NCBI RefSeq assembly: GCF_006345805.1
Contig: NC_042997.1
Span: 87,482,001-87,546,000, forward strand
Reading direction: 5' to 3'
DNA from: Octopus sinensis
Lineage: Eukaryota
Length of the DNA: 64,000 nucleotides
Below, piece after piece: positions 1-12,045 of this stretch. The position numbers were made by a program, and so were the translations under genes. The notes beneath the pieces were generated by a model. That model made no database searches and was not told where the DNA came from. It saw only the letters and a list, made by a program, of their open reading frames with translations. The first letter of the stretch is position 1. Each line of letters starts with the position of its first letter.

Positions 1-91
1 ACACACGTGTGCACACACACACACACACGTGTGCACACACACACACACCTGCGCACACACACACACATGCATACACATATCATCAATATTC

Positions 92-330
92 TTTTTTTAT
101 TCTTTTATGTGTTTCAGTTATTTGACCGGCCATGCTGGAGCACCTCAAAGTGTTTTAGTCAAAGGAATCGACTCCAAGACTTATTCTTTGTTAACCTAGT
201 ACTTATTCTATCTGCCTCTTTTGCCAAACTGCTAAGTTATATGGATGTAAACACACCAACATCAGTTGTTGAGCAATAGTGAGGAGATGAACACAGACAC
301 AAAGACACACACACATAAATACATACATAC
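92..330 (-). mobile_element. tRNA-derived SINE family A, 3' half (split from its 5' half by the Penelope-like insertion)
   Basis: Antisense match to the 3' half of the full-length copy at 4156-4577 (ccatgctggagcacc, agtacttattctatc, aaacacaccaacatcagttg), ending in the CA/TA microsatellite core. Confidence 0.85.
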
Positions 331-344
331 ATACATACGTATAT

Positions 345-1100
345 ATGAGTCTATACATGGTGATCCCTCACCTCAAGGGGCTGTGTGCACTCCAGCATTT
401 CCTTGACCTTCGACCCAACCCCCAACCTGATACAATCACACTCCTTCATCTGGCCGAAATTGTCCTCTCACTTAACTGCTTCTCGTTTGTGGGTGATTGT
501 TATCGGCAGGTCTCGAGAGTAGCCATGAGAATGAGAATGAGCCCCGACTATGCGAACCTGTTCATTGGCTACATTGAGGTCCAAATATTCTCAAGTTTCA
601 CTGGTCCCACTTCTGAACTATATAGTCATTATATTGACAACTGTATTGGTGTGACCTCACTCTCTAGCAAACATCTAGACTCCTTCCTCTCTTTTGTCAA
701 ATGTTTCCATCCTGCCCTCCACTTCTCCTGCACTATTTCCGACACCTCAGTTGTCTTTCTCAACATTTCGGTCAGCATTCATCATTCCACTCTCACCACC
801 TCCATCCACTACAAACACACAGACTCACACTCATACCTCACCTTCTCCTTCTGCCCTAAACACACCAAGCTCTTCATCTATTCCCAATTCCTCCATCTAT
901 GCAGGCTCTGCAGTGACAACCATGATTTTGAGACTCAGTCTCAACTCATGGCTCACCACTTCATCCTACATAGATATCCCCTCACCACTATCCACACCGC
1001 CCTTGTCAGAGCATGTTCCATGGACCGTGCATCTGCTCTCTCCTCCTGCACCCACCCCGCTGTCATCCGTCTCCTGTTTTCCCTTACCCCACCACCCTCC
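345..1100 (+). pseudogene. Penelope-type reverse transcriptase C-terminal half and thumb, degenerate
   Basis: ORF 345-1610 matches PLE RT up to about residue 250. The catalytic YIDD reads YIDN, and the frame then drifts into non-homologous sequence. Confidence 0.85.
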
Positions 1101-2462
1101 AACGCACCATTCTCTGAGCCTTCCGGTGACTCCAGTCTGATCCCTCCACTTCGCACATCTTCCCAAATCGACCCCTCTCCTCCTTTAAATGAGCCCACAA
1201 CCTACGAGACCTCTTGGTCCACAGCTTCTTCCCTAACCCAACCTCCAAACCTGGCTTGTTCCCCTGCTCCCCCCCATGCTGCTGCACTTGCCCTTACCTC
1301 TCCAACACCACCCTCCTCACAGGCACCCATCATCAACCCTGTCATATCACTGACTCCTTTACTTGCACTTCTAGCAATGTCATCTACTGCATTTCCTGCT
1401 CTCTCTGTCCTTCTCTATACATCAGTCAAACAGGACGCTGCTTGGCTGACTGGTTCACAGAACACCTCCAAGACATCAGACTCGGCAATGACACCCTGGT
1501 CTCACACCATTTCTACTCAACCAGTTACTCTTTACAACACCTGTCTGTGTTTGGATTGTCCTTGCACAGGGGCCATCCAGACTCCCATCTTCATCGTGAG
1601 CAGGGATTAGTCTTCTCTCTTCGCACCTTTGTGCCACATGGGCTCAACTCCCCCCTCTTCATCTAACTCGCCTCCTTTCTCCTCTCTTCCTCTCACACCT
1701 ACTTCCTCCCACTCATCTCTTCTCTCATGCTCTGGCACCTACTTCCTCTATTCACTCCTAACCATCTTCTCCCTTCCACCTTCTCCCTTTATCATCGCCC
1801 CATCCCTCGTTACCCACCCCTACACATTCCGACGCCACCATCCCTATACATCCCATCCCACTATACCCCTTAGACCCCACCCTTGCTTCTCCACTCTTGC
1901 CTCCCCCACACCCAAACATCACCACACCACACCACACCACCACACCACACACCACCACACCACACACCACCACACCACACACCACCACACCACACCACAC
2001 CATGTCCACCACAACACACCACCCTACACACACTAGCACTGACCACTTCCCAGCACCCACACCAGTACACACACTTGCACTGACCACTTCCCAGTACCTA
2101 CACATACACACACGCAAATGTCGAGATCAACAGCCCCCTTCCACATGCACATACATGCTCTCACATACACATGCACGCACGCACGCATGCACACCTTCGT
2201 TTGGGATCACCACTACTTTATTATCTCCCCTTCTTCCTAGCTCTCCTGTGTGACCCCTCTGTCTGGCATTCACCATGATAGATCGCTAGCCACTATACCT
2301 TTTCTACTTTATCTCTCTGTTTATTTCTGTGTTACTTTCTGTTGAAGAGTGTAGGCTTGAAATGTAAAATACTTTCTCACTTCCTGAGTGGTAAACTAAT
2401 ACACCTGTTTGTTGTTTAACCCACCCATCTTTGTTTTTTGTTTTTTTTTGTAAATTCCCAGT
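347..2462 (+). mobile_element. 5'-truncated Penelope-like retroelement (RT + GIY-YIG, Neptune-like Cys-rich linker) with T-rich 3' terminal region
   Basis: RT motifs SLYMVIPH, RQVSRVAMRMRMSPDYANLFIGYIE, YIDNCIG, YKHTDSHSYL; second frame gives PCSPPCCCTCPY and NVIYCISCSLCPSLYISQTGR...EHL...GLN. Confidence 0.92.
1214..1666 (+). pseudogene. Penelope GIY-YIG endonuclease domain, frameshifted relative to the RT
   Basis: VIYCISC-x2-C-x3-YISQTGR (degenerate GIY/YIG), EHL, HF, E..L and final GLN motif. Confidence 0.88.
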
Positions 2463-2470
2463 GTATATAT

Positions 2471-2638
2471 ATACAACAGGCTTCTTTTCAATTTCTGCCT
2501 ACCAAATCCACTCAAAAGGCTTTGGTTGGCCTGAGGCTATAGTAGACGATACTTGCCCAAGGTGCCATGCAATGGGACTGAACTCGGTTCCTTTTGATTG
2601 GGAAGCAAGTTTCTTACCACACAGCTACATCTGTACCT
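2471..2638 (-). mobile_element. SINE family A, 5' half (tRNA-like head)
   Basis: Antisense of head sequence: ccaaatccactc, ggctatagtag, acttgcccaaggtgcc, gggactgaac, cttaccacacagc. Confidence 0.85.
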
Positions 2639-2639
2639 A

Positions 2640-2815
2640 TCATCATCATCATCATTTATCATTCGTTTTCCATACTATTGTTCGGAGAGTTTGACAGGAT
2701 CTAGTAAGCCACAGGGCTGTATCATACTTCATGTCAGCTTTGGCATGGTTTCTATGGCTGGATGTCCTGTATAATGCTAACCACTTTACAGTGTGTATTG
2801 GGTGCCTTTTTCTCA
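2640..2815 (-). mobile_element. RTE-type LINE 3' tail ending in (GAT)n
   Basis: catcatcatcattt followed by ggtttctatggctggatg motif, the same tail that terminates the RTE copy at 31669. Confidence 0.65.
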
Positions 2816-4155
2816 AAAAGGTATGATATGGACAGTGGTTCATGAGACAGAGGGGTAAGATGAGAAAGATAGGTGTTGCTCAGGTATGATAGTTCATGGG
2901 GTAGAGTAGATGATGGACAAGGCATAGGAGAGATGTTGGTGGGATTTAGAGACACACAAGGAGTAGCTTTTGTGAGTGAGTGTTGTGCTAGACATGAGAA
3001 GGTATGGGAATGATAGCTGATATGCAAGGTAAGGGGAATAGATGGAGACACATAGAAGGGATGGTAATGAGAATGAGGAATGGAAATGGGGGTAATGGAG
3101 GAAGGCAGGCATAACTGGTAGCGCAAGGAGTTAGGGGATGTGATATGTGTTAAGAGGAGATAGTTGTTGGGGAAATGAGTGGGCAGGTTGATGAGATGTT
3201 GGGAATGCTTGTTGGGTCAGTATGGCTGTAAGGACAATACCCAACAAGTATAAGTATAAGCAAAATGTTTTAGGTCCTCATATTTGCTGTTATAGATGGG
3301 TCTTCTCAAGTACAGCAAATCGTGACAAGCTTTCACACTATTTGTCAAGCACATTGGCATTGGTCAGCCTAGGGCAATTGTAGCAGTCACTTGCCCAATG
3401 TGTTGTATAATGAGACTGAATCTGAAACCATGTGGTTGCAAGCTTCTTAACCATACAACCACGAGTATTAGAAAATAAGACTTGTAAGATTCAGGACAGT
3501 GTAACTAAAACCATATAAGACGTACATGAAAAATGAAAAATCAACCCAATTTTATCATCTGGAGTTCACATGTTATATTCAATTGTTCATATAATACACA
3601 ATTAAGTAGGATTTTAGATAAGAAGTGAACTCTGCCAAACAAATAATCTAATATAAAAGATGGCTCAAGGCTTTCAAAAGATTCTTATAATACACTTCAT
3701 TAAAAGCGAAAGAATTGATGTGAATATAAATCATTATATAGATTCGTGTAGACATTGTTGCACAACCTGTTCCATCAGTGTGAAGAGTATTCATTTTACA
3801 TAAAACTTTAGGTCCTTTTCTGCTGTCATGAAATCCATTTATTCTTTACTGATCACCTGCTAGTAAACTACACATCTTGTTTCACCAAAGTATGGAGTTT
3901 TTACTTGACTTTTTTTTAAACTAATACCACAGTTAACTCTTATTTTACAAATTTACTTGTTCAGAACTGTTGCATTTATCAATTCTATGTCACTCTTCAA
4001 TGTTCAAAAATAAATATTTTGCTTATTTACGTTTGTTTATTCTTTTATCGTTTACTTGCTTCCTTCATTGGGCTGCAATTATCCTTGTGTATTGCCTTGA
4101 AGGGTTTAACTGAACAAATTGACTCTAGCACTTATACTTGAGCCTGGCACTTATT

Positions 4156-4337
4156 CAGGCATAGCTGTGTGGTAAGAGGCGTGTTTCCCAGTCACATGGT
4201 TCTGAGTTCAGTCCCACTGTGTGACACCTTTGGCAAGTGTCTTCTACTATAGCCCCGGGCCGATCAAAGCCTTGTGAGCGGATTTGGTAGACAGAAACTG
4301 AAAAAAGCCTGTTGTATATATGAATATATATGTATGA

Positions 4338-4373
<36 letters not shown>

Positions 4374-4577
4374 GTTTGTCTCCCCATCACCACTTGACAA
4401 CTGGTGTTGGTGTGTTTACATCTCTGTAACTTAGCGGTTCAGGAAAAGAGACGAATAGGATAAGTGCTAGGTTTTTAAAAAATAAGTCCTGGGGTTGATT
4501 TGTTTGACTAAAATCCCTCAAGGTGGTGCTCCGGCATGGCTGCAGTCAAATAACAGAAACAAGTAAAAGAGTAAAAC
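4156..4577 (+). mobile_element. Full-length tRNA-derived SINE family A with central (TA)/(TG) microsatellite
   Basis: Degenerate A box (agctgtgtggt) and B box (gagttcagtcc), central TG repeat, tail ggtgctccggcatggctgcagtc...aagtaaaagagtaaaa. At least 8 related copies in the window. Confidence 0.9.
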
Positions 4578-4604
4578 TACTAGGTTAGGGGGACATAAAC
4601 AAAC

Positions 4605-4848
4605 AAACACTGGGTAATACAGGTTCTATATTTAAGAGATGAGGAATTATATACATTATTTATATTATTTACATTTAAAGGATATTTGTCCTCATCTTGT
4701 TTGTTGTTAACACAACGTTTCGGCTGATATACCCTCCAGCCTTCATCTGGCGTCTTGGGGAAATTTTGAACCTTGGTTCTCATTCCTAAGGTATTTTTCA
4801 ATGTTATTCTTATTATTATTCAGGTTACTGCCTGGAATCTTGGAAGAT
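4605..4848 (-). mobile_element. 5'-truncated copy of a hammerhead-containing SINE
   Basis: Reverse complement aligns over about 170 bp with 5059-5225. Confidence 0.8.
4709..4755 (-). ncRNA. Minimal type I hammerhead ribozyme-like motif (one core substitution)
   Basis: Minus strand reads GACGC-CAGATGA-A-GGCTG(gagggtatat)CAGCC-GAAACGTT-GTGTT: stem I, CUGAUGA core with U4>A, 5-bp stem II, palindromic ACGU stem III. Confidence 0.7.
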
Positions 4849-5001
4849 ACGGAAACTAAAAGCTGCAGCACATATGCTAGGACACAATAACCTCCTAAGC
4901 AGACTGAGTGCAGATATGAGTAGCATATGAGAAATGGTATTAAGGAAGGATAGGAAAATATTAGATTTATAAGCCCTAAAATTCACTCCATAATTGCTCA
5001 C

Positions 5002-5235
5002 AGGCATATGGCGTAGTGGTTAACCATGTGGGCTACTAGCCCCAAGATTCTGAGTTCAATTCCAGGCAGTGACCTGAATAATAATACTAATAATAATAAC
5101 ATCGAAAAATACCTTAGGAATGAGAACCCAAGTTTGAAATTTCCCCAAGATACCTTTTGAAGGCTGGAGAGTATATCAGCTGAAATATTGTGTTAACGAC
5201 AAACAAGATGAGGACAAATATTCATCAAAATAACG
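5002..5235 (+). mobile_element. tRNA-headed SINE with degenerate hammerhead motif
   Basis: A box TGGCGTAGTGG (5009-5019), B box GAGTTCAATTCC (~5052-5063), (AAT)n linker, then GATAC-CTTTTGA-A-GGCTG..CAGCT-GAAATATT-GTGTT at ~5147-5195. Confidence 0.8.
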
Positions 5236-5512
5236 CAAATATTATTAGGCAGTGGGTTAAAGGGATAAACACAAAGACATATATGCACATGCATTGGTCC
5301 AGGGTTATAATAGAAAATGCTTATCCATGGTGTCATGCAATGCACTGAACCTTTGAAACCAGGTGATTGCAAAGTGAGTTTCTTAACTACACAGCCATAC
5401 CTGCACCTATTCATTAGTTCATTTTAATTCTTTTTTATCCTTTCAAGCATGACTTACAAGGAAGAGATGCTTGAGACAAGATTATTACGGTCTCTCTGCT
5501 ACCAACACTTAC

Positions 5513-5538
5513 CTGTTTTGCATGTAAGGGATTTCTTA
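5513..5538 (-). other. Candidate 26-nt micro-exon
   Basis: Acceptor cttttcaattcttttgcag| and donor CAG|GTAAGT flank TAAGAAATCCCTTACATGCAAAACAG. Confidence 0.3.
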
Positions 5539-6969
5539 CTGCAAAAGAATTGAAAAGTGCATAGCGAACAAGTGATTTATTGACAGGAAATGTCAATAAA
5601 TGTTCCAGTAACTGGTTGCAGTCCAGATTTAAACTATGATATCAACATACCTCAGTGGAGAATGTAAACATTCTCACAGATACACACACACACTTCCAAA
5701 CAAACATGTGCATGCATATATATGTACAATGGACTTCAGTTTGCAAATACCTGATTCCCTCACAGTTTTGGTTGATCCAAGGCTATAGTAGAAGACACCT
5801 GCCCAAGGGGCCATGCAGTGGGAATAGACTTAAAATGATTTGGTTGAGAAGTGAACTTCTTAACCACACAGCTGTGCCTGTGTCTACCTATATTGTATGT
5901 CATACATACACACACACACACACATATTTATTCAATATTCATTATACATAGTATTTTAGCACTATATAATGGAATGCTTAAGTGAAGAATTTCATTCTCT
6001 TTTTTGAAAAATCAAATGTTCTAACTTCACAACCTGAAAACAAATAAAAAAAAAAAAGAAAAGAAAATGATGTTGAGCTATCACAGAAGGCAAAGAAAGA
6101 AACCTTTAAACAACTGTTTGATTTACTAGAAATAGTAGCCACACGTTACTCAAATTGCATCCTACTATCTGAAATTAGTCAAAGGGTAATGTCCTTAATG
6201 CTGTACACAAGAAATTTATTAATTATTTCAAATTTCCCTCTTAACTGGAGAAAGAAAACAAAAATCCAGTGGCAATTGTTAGTAACTATTAGAGAAAAAG
6301 GGAGATAATTTGAAAAATGAGAATTACATTTTTAAGGGAAGGACAGACTGATTTTTGTTTGCATAAAAGAGATAACTAAAGACACATTTCAGTCTATTAG
6401 ACCTCATTAGTATAGAATATTCTAATAATTTCTGCTTGATTTTTATATATAGAAAAACAAAAGTTACAAATAATATTTGGCCAGTATAAGTTGCATAATC
6501 AAAAAAAATTTAAGAGAAATAACCCAAATGTGTTAAGGGCATGAATTTGGATAAATAAGTTGTACTGAATGTCATACACAAAATTTCTTAATTGAAATTT
6601 TCCTGGTAGCAATTGTTAGCAACTGTCAAAGAACAGTAAGTAATTTCAAGAAATTAAGAATTAATCTCAAAGTTAGTTTACATGCTTAGGAGAAAATCAA
6701 CCTTTGGAAAGGATTCATTAGATAATGTAGTCCTACATACCCCTAGGAAGATAAGATGGTCATAACTGGAATGCTTTTGATCATACATTTACTTGATCAG
6801 GATTGACCCAGCAGTTCACAGCAAATAACTACATTATGTGTCAGATATAAGACAATCTGTTTATTCCTCTCAATCCTACTGACTATAAGTAGAAATTCTA
6901 GAAACCAGGAGTAACTTAAATGAAATGGCCCAACTGCAAATTAAGCCTGTGTTTTCAGACTCAGATCAC

Positions 6970-7102
6970 CAGAAAACTTGTTCATCCTGTTTGATGTTTT
7001 ATATGAAATAGGAACCCTTCATTCTTGACGCCACATCGTAAACATTTCAATGTCACTTGTACTAAGAGCTCATACGAAATAATACCCGTCTTTCTATACT
7101 TT
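6970..7102 (-). pseudogene. Candidate decayed exon (KYRKTGIISYELLVQVTLKCLRCGVKNEGFLFHIKHQTG*TSFL)
   Basis: Strong acceptor gtttttattttcag|, weaker donor CTG|GTGATC, 44 codons with one in-frame TGA at 6982-6984. Confidence 0.35.
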
Positions 7103-8207
7103 CTGAAAATAAAAACATGCATACACATGGCCATGTGGTTGAGATTACTTAAGAACCACATTGTATAGCATTTTGGGCATATGACTTCATTTGTCCAATG
7201 CCTTGTGGGTATAATTAAGTAGGCAGAAATTATATGTATGACTATGTCCATATCTGTGTCTGTGTCATGGTAGAGAACTGATGTTGTATAAGTCACAGCC
7301 ATTTGATACATATGGATCAATAAAATAAGAGTCGCACTGAAGTAACCACTGGGGTTGATTGACATGATTGACTTAAAAAGCACCATGAAGGTGATGCCTC
7401 AGTACGGTCATAGTTCAATAATTGAAGCTGGTAAATGGATAAAGGAATAAAACAATACTAATGATTAAGCAAAAGAGGAAGTCTCTGTATGATCACATGA
7501 CTTGCTAGAACTAAATTTCAAAGCACATCCTATAAACGGAACAATTTATTGAATAATGTGGTCATAGATACATCGTGCCTGAAAAAAAAAAGAAGTTTTA
7601 GCTTGAATATTTTTCATCATAGGTCTGCTGCTCAGCCAGAGCTAATACATAGAATAATGTAGTCCTAGATATATTATGCCTGAGAAAAAAATGGATAATC
7701 TCCATTTGAATGCCTTTGATCATAGGTATGCTCAATCAGTTAACCTTAGGTTAACAACAGTAATAATCACAAGAATATATGAACTAGCTGAACTATTGGT
7801 ATTTGAAATGAACTAAAGTTTTTTTTTCTTCTCGTGTTCTTCTCAACTTCACTCGGCACAATTCATTAGAATATCTTAAGTTGCTGAATGTTATTGATTA
7901 CTTGTTTAAAATCTCTCTAGAAATATAATTTTGTTTATCTATCCAGTCAGATTGATTCAGCTGTCTGAAACAGTTAAACATTGACAGAGGTCATCTACCT
8001 GAGACGTACACACATGCACACGCACACACATACTATTCAATACCAGATTCAGAGAAAGAGAAAGTCTAGACTATACCACTTGTCTAGACTATACCCTCCC
8101 TGAAAGCCTATAACTGTTAAAAATATACATTTTGGTTGGAGTCCTTTAGATTTTGAGGCTCTAGTTTTCAGCCAGCTAAAACTACAGGTAAATCCAACAC
8201 TAATAAC

Positions 8208-8336
8208 CTGCATCTCAAGAGCCTTTGAATTAGCAATTCTCACTGCCTCTTTTTCCCTATACAAGCTTGTGGATTTGTGCCTTGATTAAGAAAATAATGG
8301 CCTGTATCTTTAGATATTTATTTACATTTTGGTAAT
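8208..8336 (-). pseudogene. Candidate decayed exon (YQNVNKYLKIQAIIFLIKAQIHKL / YREKEAVRIANSKALEMQ)
   Basis: Strong acceptor ccctttcttctcttcatctcag|. A helical, protein-like translation requires one frameshift, and the donor CAG|GTTATT is weak. Confidence 0.3.
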
Positions 8337-9575
8337 CTGAGATGAAGAGAAGAAAGGGTCATAGAAACATGATATAATGATGATAACTGAAAATGCGTTG
8401 TTTTCAAATGAAAATAATAATATCACAGCAATTTTGTTTTCTAAGGCACCCTAGTTTTTATAATTCTTTTTCAGAAGTAAGCAACATAGTGAAGGCTCCT
8501 AAAGACGGTTTTAAATATTTATCGAGACCAAGTTGTAATCAGTGTAATGCAGTCTTTAGAAACTCATTGATACATCAATTAGAAGCATACATACATAGAC
8601 ATGAGACACACTTGCATGCACACACACATGCATACATACATGTGCACGCATCAGTGAGAGAACCTGAACATGGTAATTCAACCTGTTAGAATTAGTAACT
8701 AAATCTCCCTGAGAAACATCATAATGTCTTAAAAACTAGAAGGAGAAATATTAGAAAATGTCTCTGATGTACAGAAAGACAGGAAAGTCATGGCCAGACT
8801 GTCTTTGATCATAGATTTGCTGGATGAGAGTTGACTTGAGGTTAAACAATGACTGTGTGCACATGCAGACACACTTCAATATGGTGAGAGATACAATGTA
8901 AACACTGAGAGATATAATATGAACACTAAACAAACAAGATACAGTACATGAAGCAGTGATTCAGCCTGGTTTAAACTTAAGAACTAAAGCTGTACTAATA
9001 AATATTTGACCAATGTAACAAACCTAGAGACTTTCATTGCTCAAGTAAAATGGTAATTAAATTTTAACCTAGTCAGTTCTACATAGGAGATAAGTATAAT
9101 AAAAATCAGATCAATTTCTAATTTTTCCATTCTCATTTTACAATAATTTTTCTGTTCTGGTATTCAGTGATCTTTTCGACTTATCTTCGTTTAAAGCTAG
9201 GATTAACTTTCGCTAAGAACAGGATTTATTCAAATGTGCAACTAATGTTAATCTTTGACAATAAGAAGATATTAATTTTGTGCTATATCTGTTATAAACA
9301 TGTCAGTAGAGAAGAAATTATCAATAAAAAGTGATTATCCTTTGTATCTGTCTAAAGGATTTTTTTTTCTCATGATTGACTTCTAAGGTAAAATTATTGT
9401 TAACCTTGATGAACACATGAGATTAATTTCTGTTATCTTTATCTTATTTTGCTTGCTAATTCTTTAGACATTACATGATTGTCTGGCTGAGAAGACGCAG
9501 TTGCCAGAATCAATGTGTCACCTTCTTGATCTTATTATAGGCACAATGTTTTATCCTTACAGAAGTGGTGAAGGT

Positions 9576-9811
9576 TATAAGGTGGCGAGCTGGCAGAATC
9601 TTTAGCACACTGGGCGAAATTCTTAGCAATATTTCGTCTGCCGTTACTTTCTGAGTTCAAATTCTGCTGAGGTCTACTTAGCCTTTCATCCTTTCGAGGT
9701 CGATTAAATAAATACCAGTTATGCACTGGGGTCGATGTAATCGACTTAATCCCTTTGTCTGTTCTTGTTTGTCCCCTCTATGTTTAGCCTCTTGTGGGCA
9801 ATAAAGCAATA
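9576..9811 (+). mobile_element. tRNA-derived SINE family B with 15-bp TSD
   Basis: Head ggcgagctggcagaatc...gagttcaaattc. TSD AGAAGTGGTGAAGGT at 9561-9575 and 9812-9826. Confidence 0.92.
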
Positions 9812-11174
9812 AGAAGTGGTGAAGGTGACACTTAATTCCTAACAACCTACTGAGTACCTGTTATAATCAGTGGTGACACTGTATTTCCTTAAGCATTTGC
9901 TGTTAAACTCATACCTATGAGTCTAGCATAGGCAATCTAGTATATTCCTCTTTTAATAACTCTATGATTATGAAATCATCTGTGGTTGAGGAAAGGGTTA
10001 TTGATAGACATAAAAGACTAAAACATGAAAGGTGAACAATGCACACTTAGACATTTAAAGATACACATGGGAAAGTGAGATGTTTAAAGCCATACAATGA
10101 AACGAGCAATGTTCTTAGTCCAGGCTACATTTTAGACTATTCTTGTTCAAGGAGAATAGGATTTAATGGAGATGCAGTAAGCTAACCTAAAATAGTATTA
10201 TACTAAGAAGCTTTTACTTTTAAAAAATATATCATAGAATTTTGAAATAAATCAGATGATACTAAAACTTGTAAGATCACTGCTGCATCTCATAAAGAGC
10301 AAGTTTTGAGTAGATCTGGTTGTGCAGAAATTTTAATGTAGAATGAGTTACTGAGAAGAGCTGAAAGACACTGAAGAAGATAAGGTTCATGGTTGTTTAT
10401 GATCATCTGCATGGCACTTGTAAGTTTCTAGTGTTAACTACAAAAAGCCATTAGTATAATGGTAGTAATATTTCCAGGAGAGCTGATTTGGTTCACTTAG
10501 TATTTCTTTCTTATTAGTCAGGAGGAAGAGAAGAGGCTATTCCTATAATCTTTGTATGCCCTCCAAGGTCAATGACATCAATCTGGTTGATGTTCAGTTT
10601 GAAATTCTATACATTGTCTGAAGAATAAACAATGTTGGTGAAAAACTTCCAGAGGGCTGCAATTTTGGGGAGAAAGGATAAGTCAAAGTATTTATGTTGT
10701 ATCTAAGGAGTGAGACACTTTAGAGATGATGAGAAGAAGAGACAGTTCAATTATGTCAAATAAGTTCAAGTGAAGGAAGTAATAATATTTCAAAGGAATA
10801 GTAACGGAAAAAAACATATTTTGGGGCAAATAGTTGTACTGTGTTGATTAGTGAATTTTTGCCAATCAACCGAATGGCTGTCTTTTAGATGCAGTCTACC
10901 ATGTTTGTGTGTGTAGAAACAGAACTGATCTAGATATGGGAGCAGTAGTTATTTAATACCAGGTCATATCCTGAACTGCATTATCTGACTTAAAGTGTGA
11001 ATAGAAAGAAATTTAGCTGCTGTTTCTAGCAGGACAAATAGCTACATAGAAGCTATTTTGTTGACTCTAAAGTGGTGTTACAGTCGTTATAGAGGACAAA
11101 CAATTGATTAAAGCAGAAATATCTTCTGGCCCTGAAGAAGATGCCAAGTCTTTAGGATGTGGTTTTGAAAATTA

Positions 11175-12045
11175 TACAAGGTGGTATGGAAAAGTTCCTG
11201 GAGTTGTTCAGTAGTGCACCAACAGATGGCAGCACATGGTTCCATGCACAATGAAAGCTAGCAGTGACCCTTATGAGGCTGTGTGTCAAAGGACATCACT
11301 GTGTTTACTTTGTAAGTTGTGAAATTTGTGTTTTTGTGATCATGTGTATGCTGCAGCCTGCAGTTTTTGTCATGGATAGAAAAGAGGAACCAAGAGCCAA
11401 TATGAAATTTTGCATTAAATTTAGGAAGTTTCTTGTGGAGACATCGAGCATACTTTGGCATGCTTATGGTGTTGAGGCAATGGGTCCAAAAGTGGAAGAG
11501 CGTCCTGGAAGACGATGAGCAATCTGGAAGACCTGCCATGAGCATCACCCTTCAGAAATGTGGATAAAATTCATTAGCTTGTGCATGAAGATTGTTGGGG
11601 AATAATCAACGATAATTTGAAGCATTTGAGGGAGGACATTTGGTGAAAGTGACTGGATCTGTGGAGCACAAAGAATTGGATTCATCATGGCGACATTACA
11701 CCCTGACAGCAAGCTCTCCTCACTCATGAGTTTCTCGCCAAAATACAACATGGTATTTCTTCTGCAACAACCCTATTCACCATATTTAACACCTGTGAAC
11801 TTTCTTCTCTTCCCCAAGATTAAAATGTAGCTCAAAAGTCGCTGTTTTAACTGTTATCAAAATCCAGAGCAAATTGCAGAAGATATTCAACTTGCTTACA
11901 GAAAACAACTTCCAGGCTGGATTTCAAAGTGGCAGTATTGTTGTGCAAGATGGCTTTTTCGAAGAAGATGATGTTAAAACATAGGTAAATAAGTTATTTT
12001 TTATTAAACATAACTAGTCTGGGAACTTTTTGATACTACCTCATA
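11175..12045 (+). mobile_element. Internally deleted mariner transposon
   Basis: TA-flanked TIRs tacaaggtggtatggaaaagttcctggag / aactagtctgggaactttttgatactacctcata. Transposase remnants MDRKEEPRANMKFCIK and decayed WILHHD-, PYSP- and LFPK-like blocks. Confidence 0.92.

Noticed and set aside
5002-5075. tRNA-like segments here and at other SINE heads as tRNA genes
   Set aside because: They lack a complete cloverleaf and acceptor stem and continue into SINE bodies, often with TSDs.
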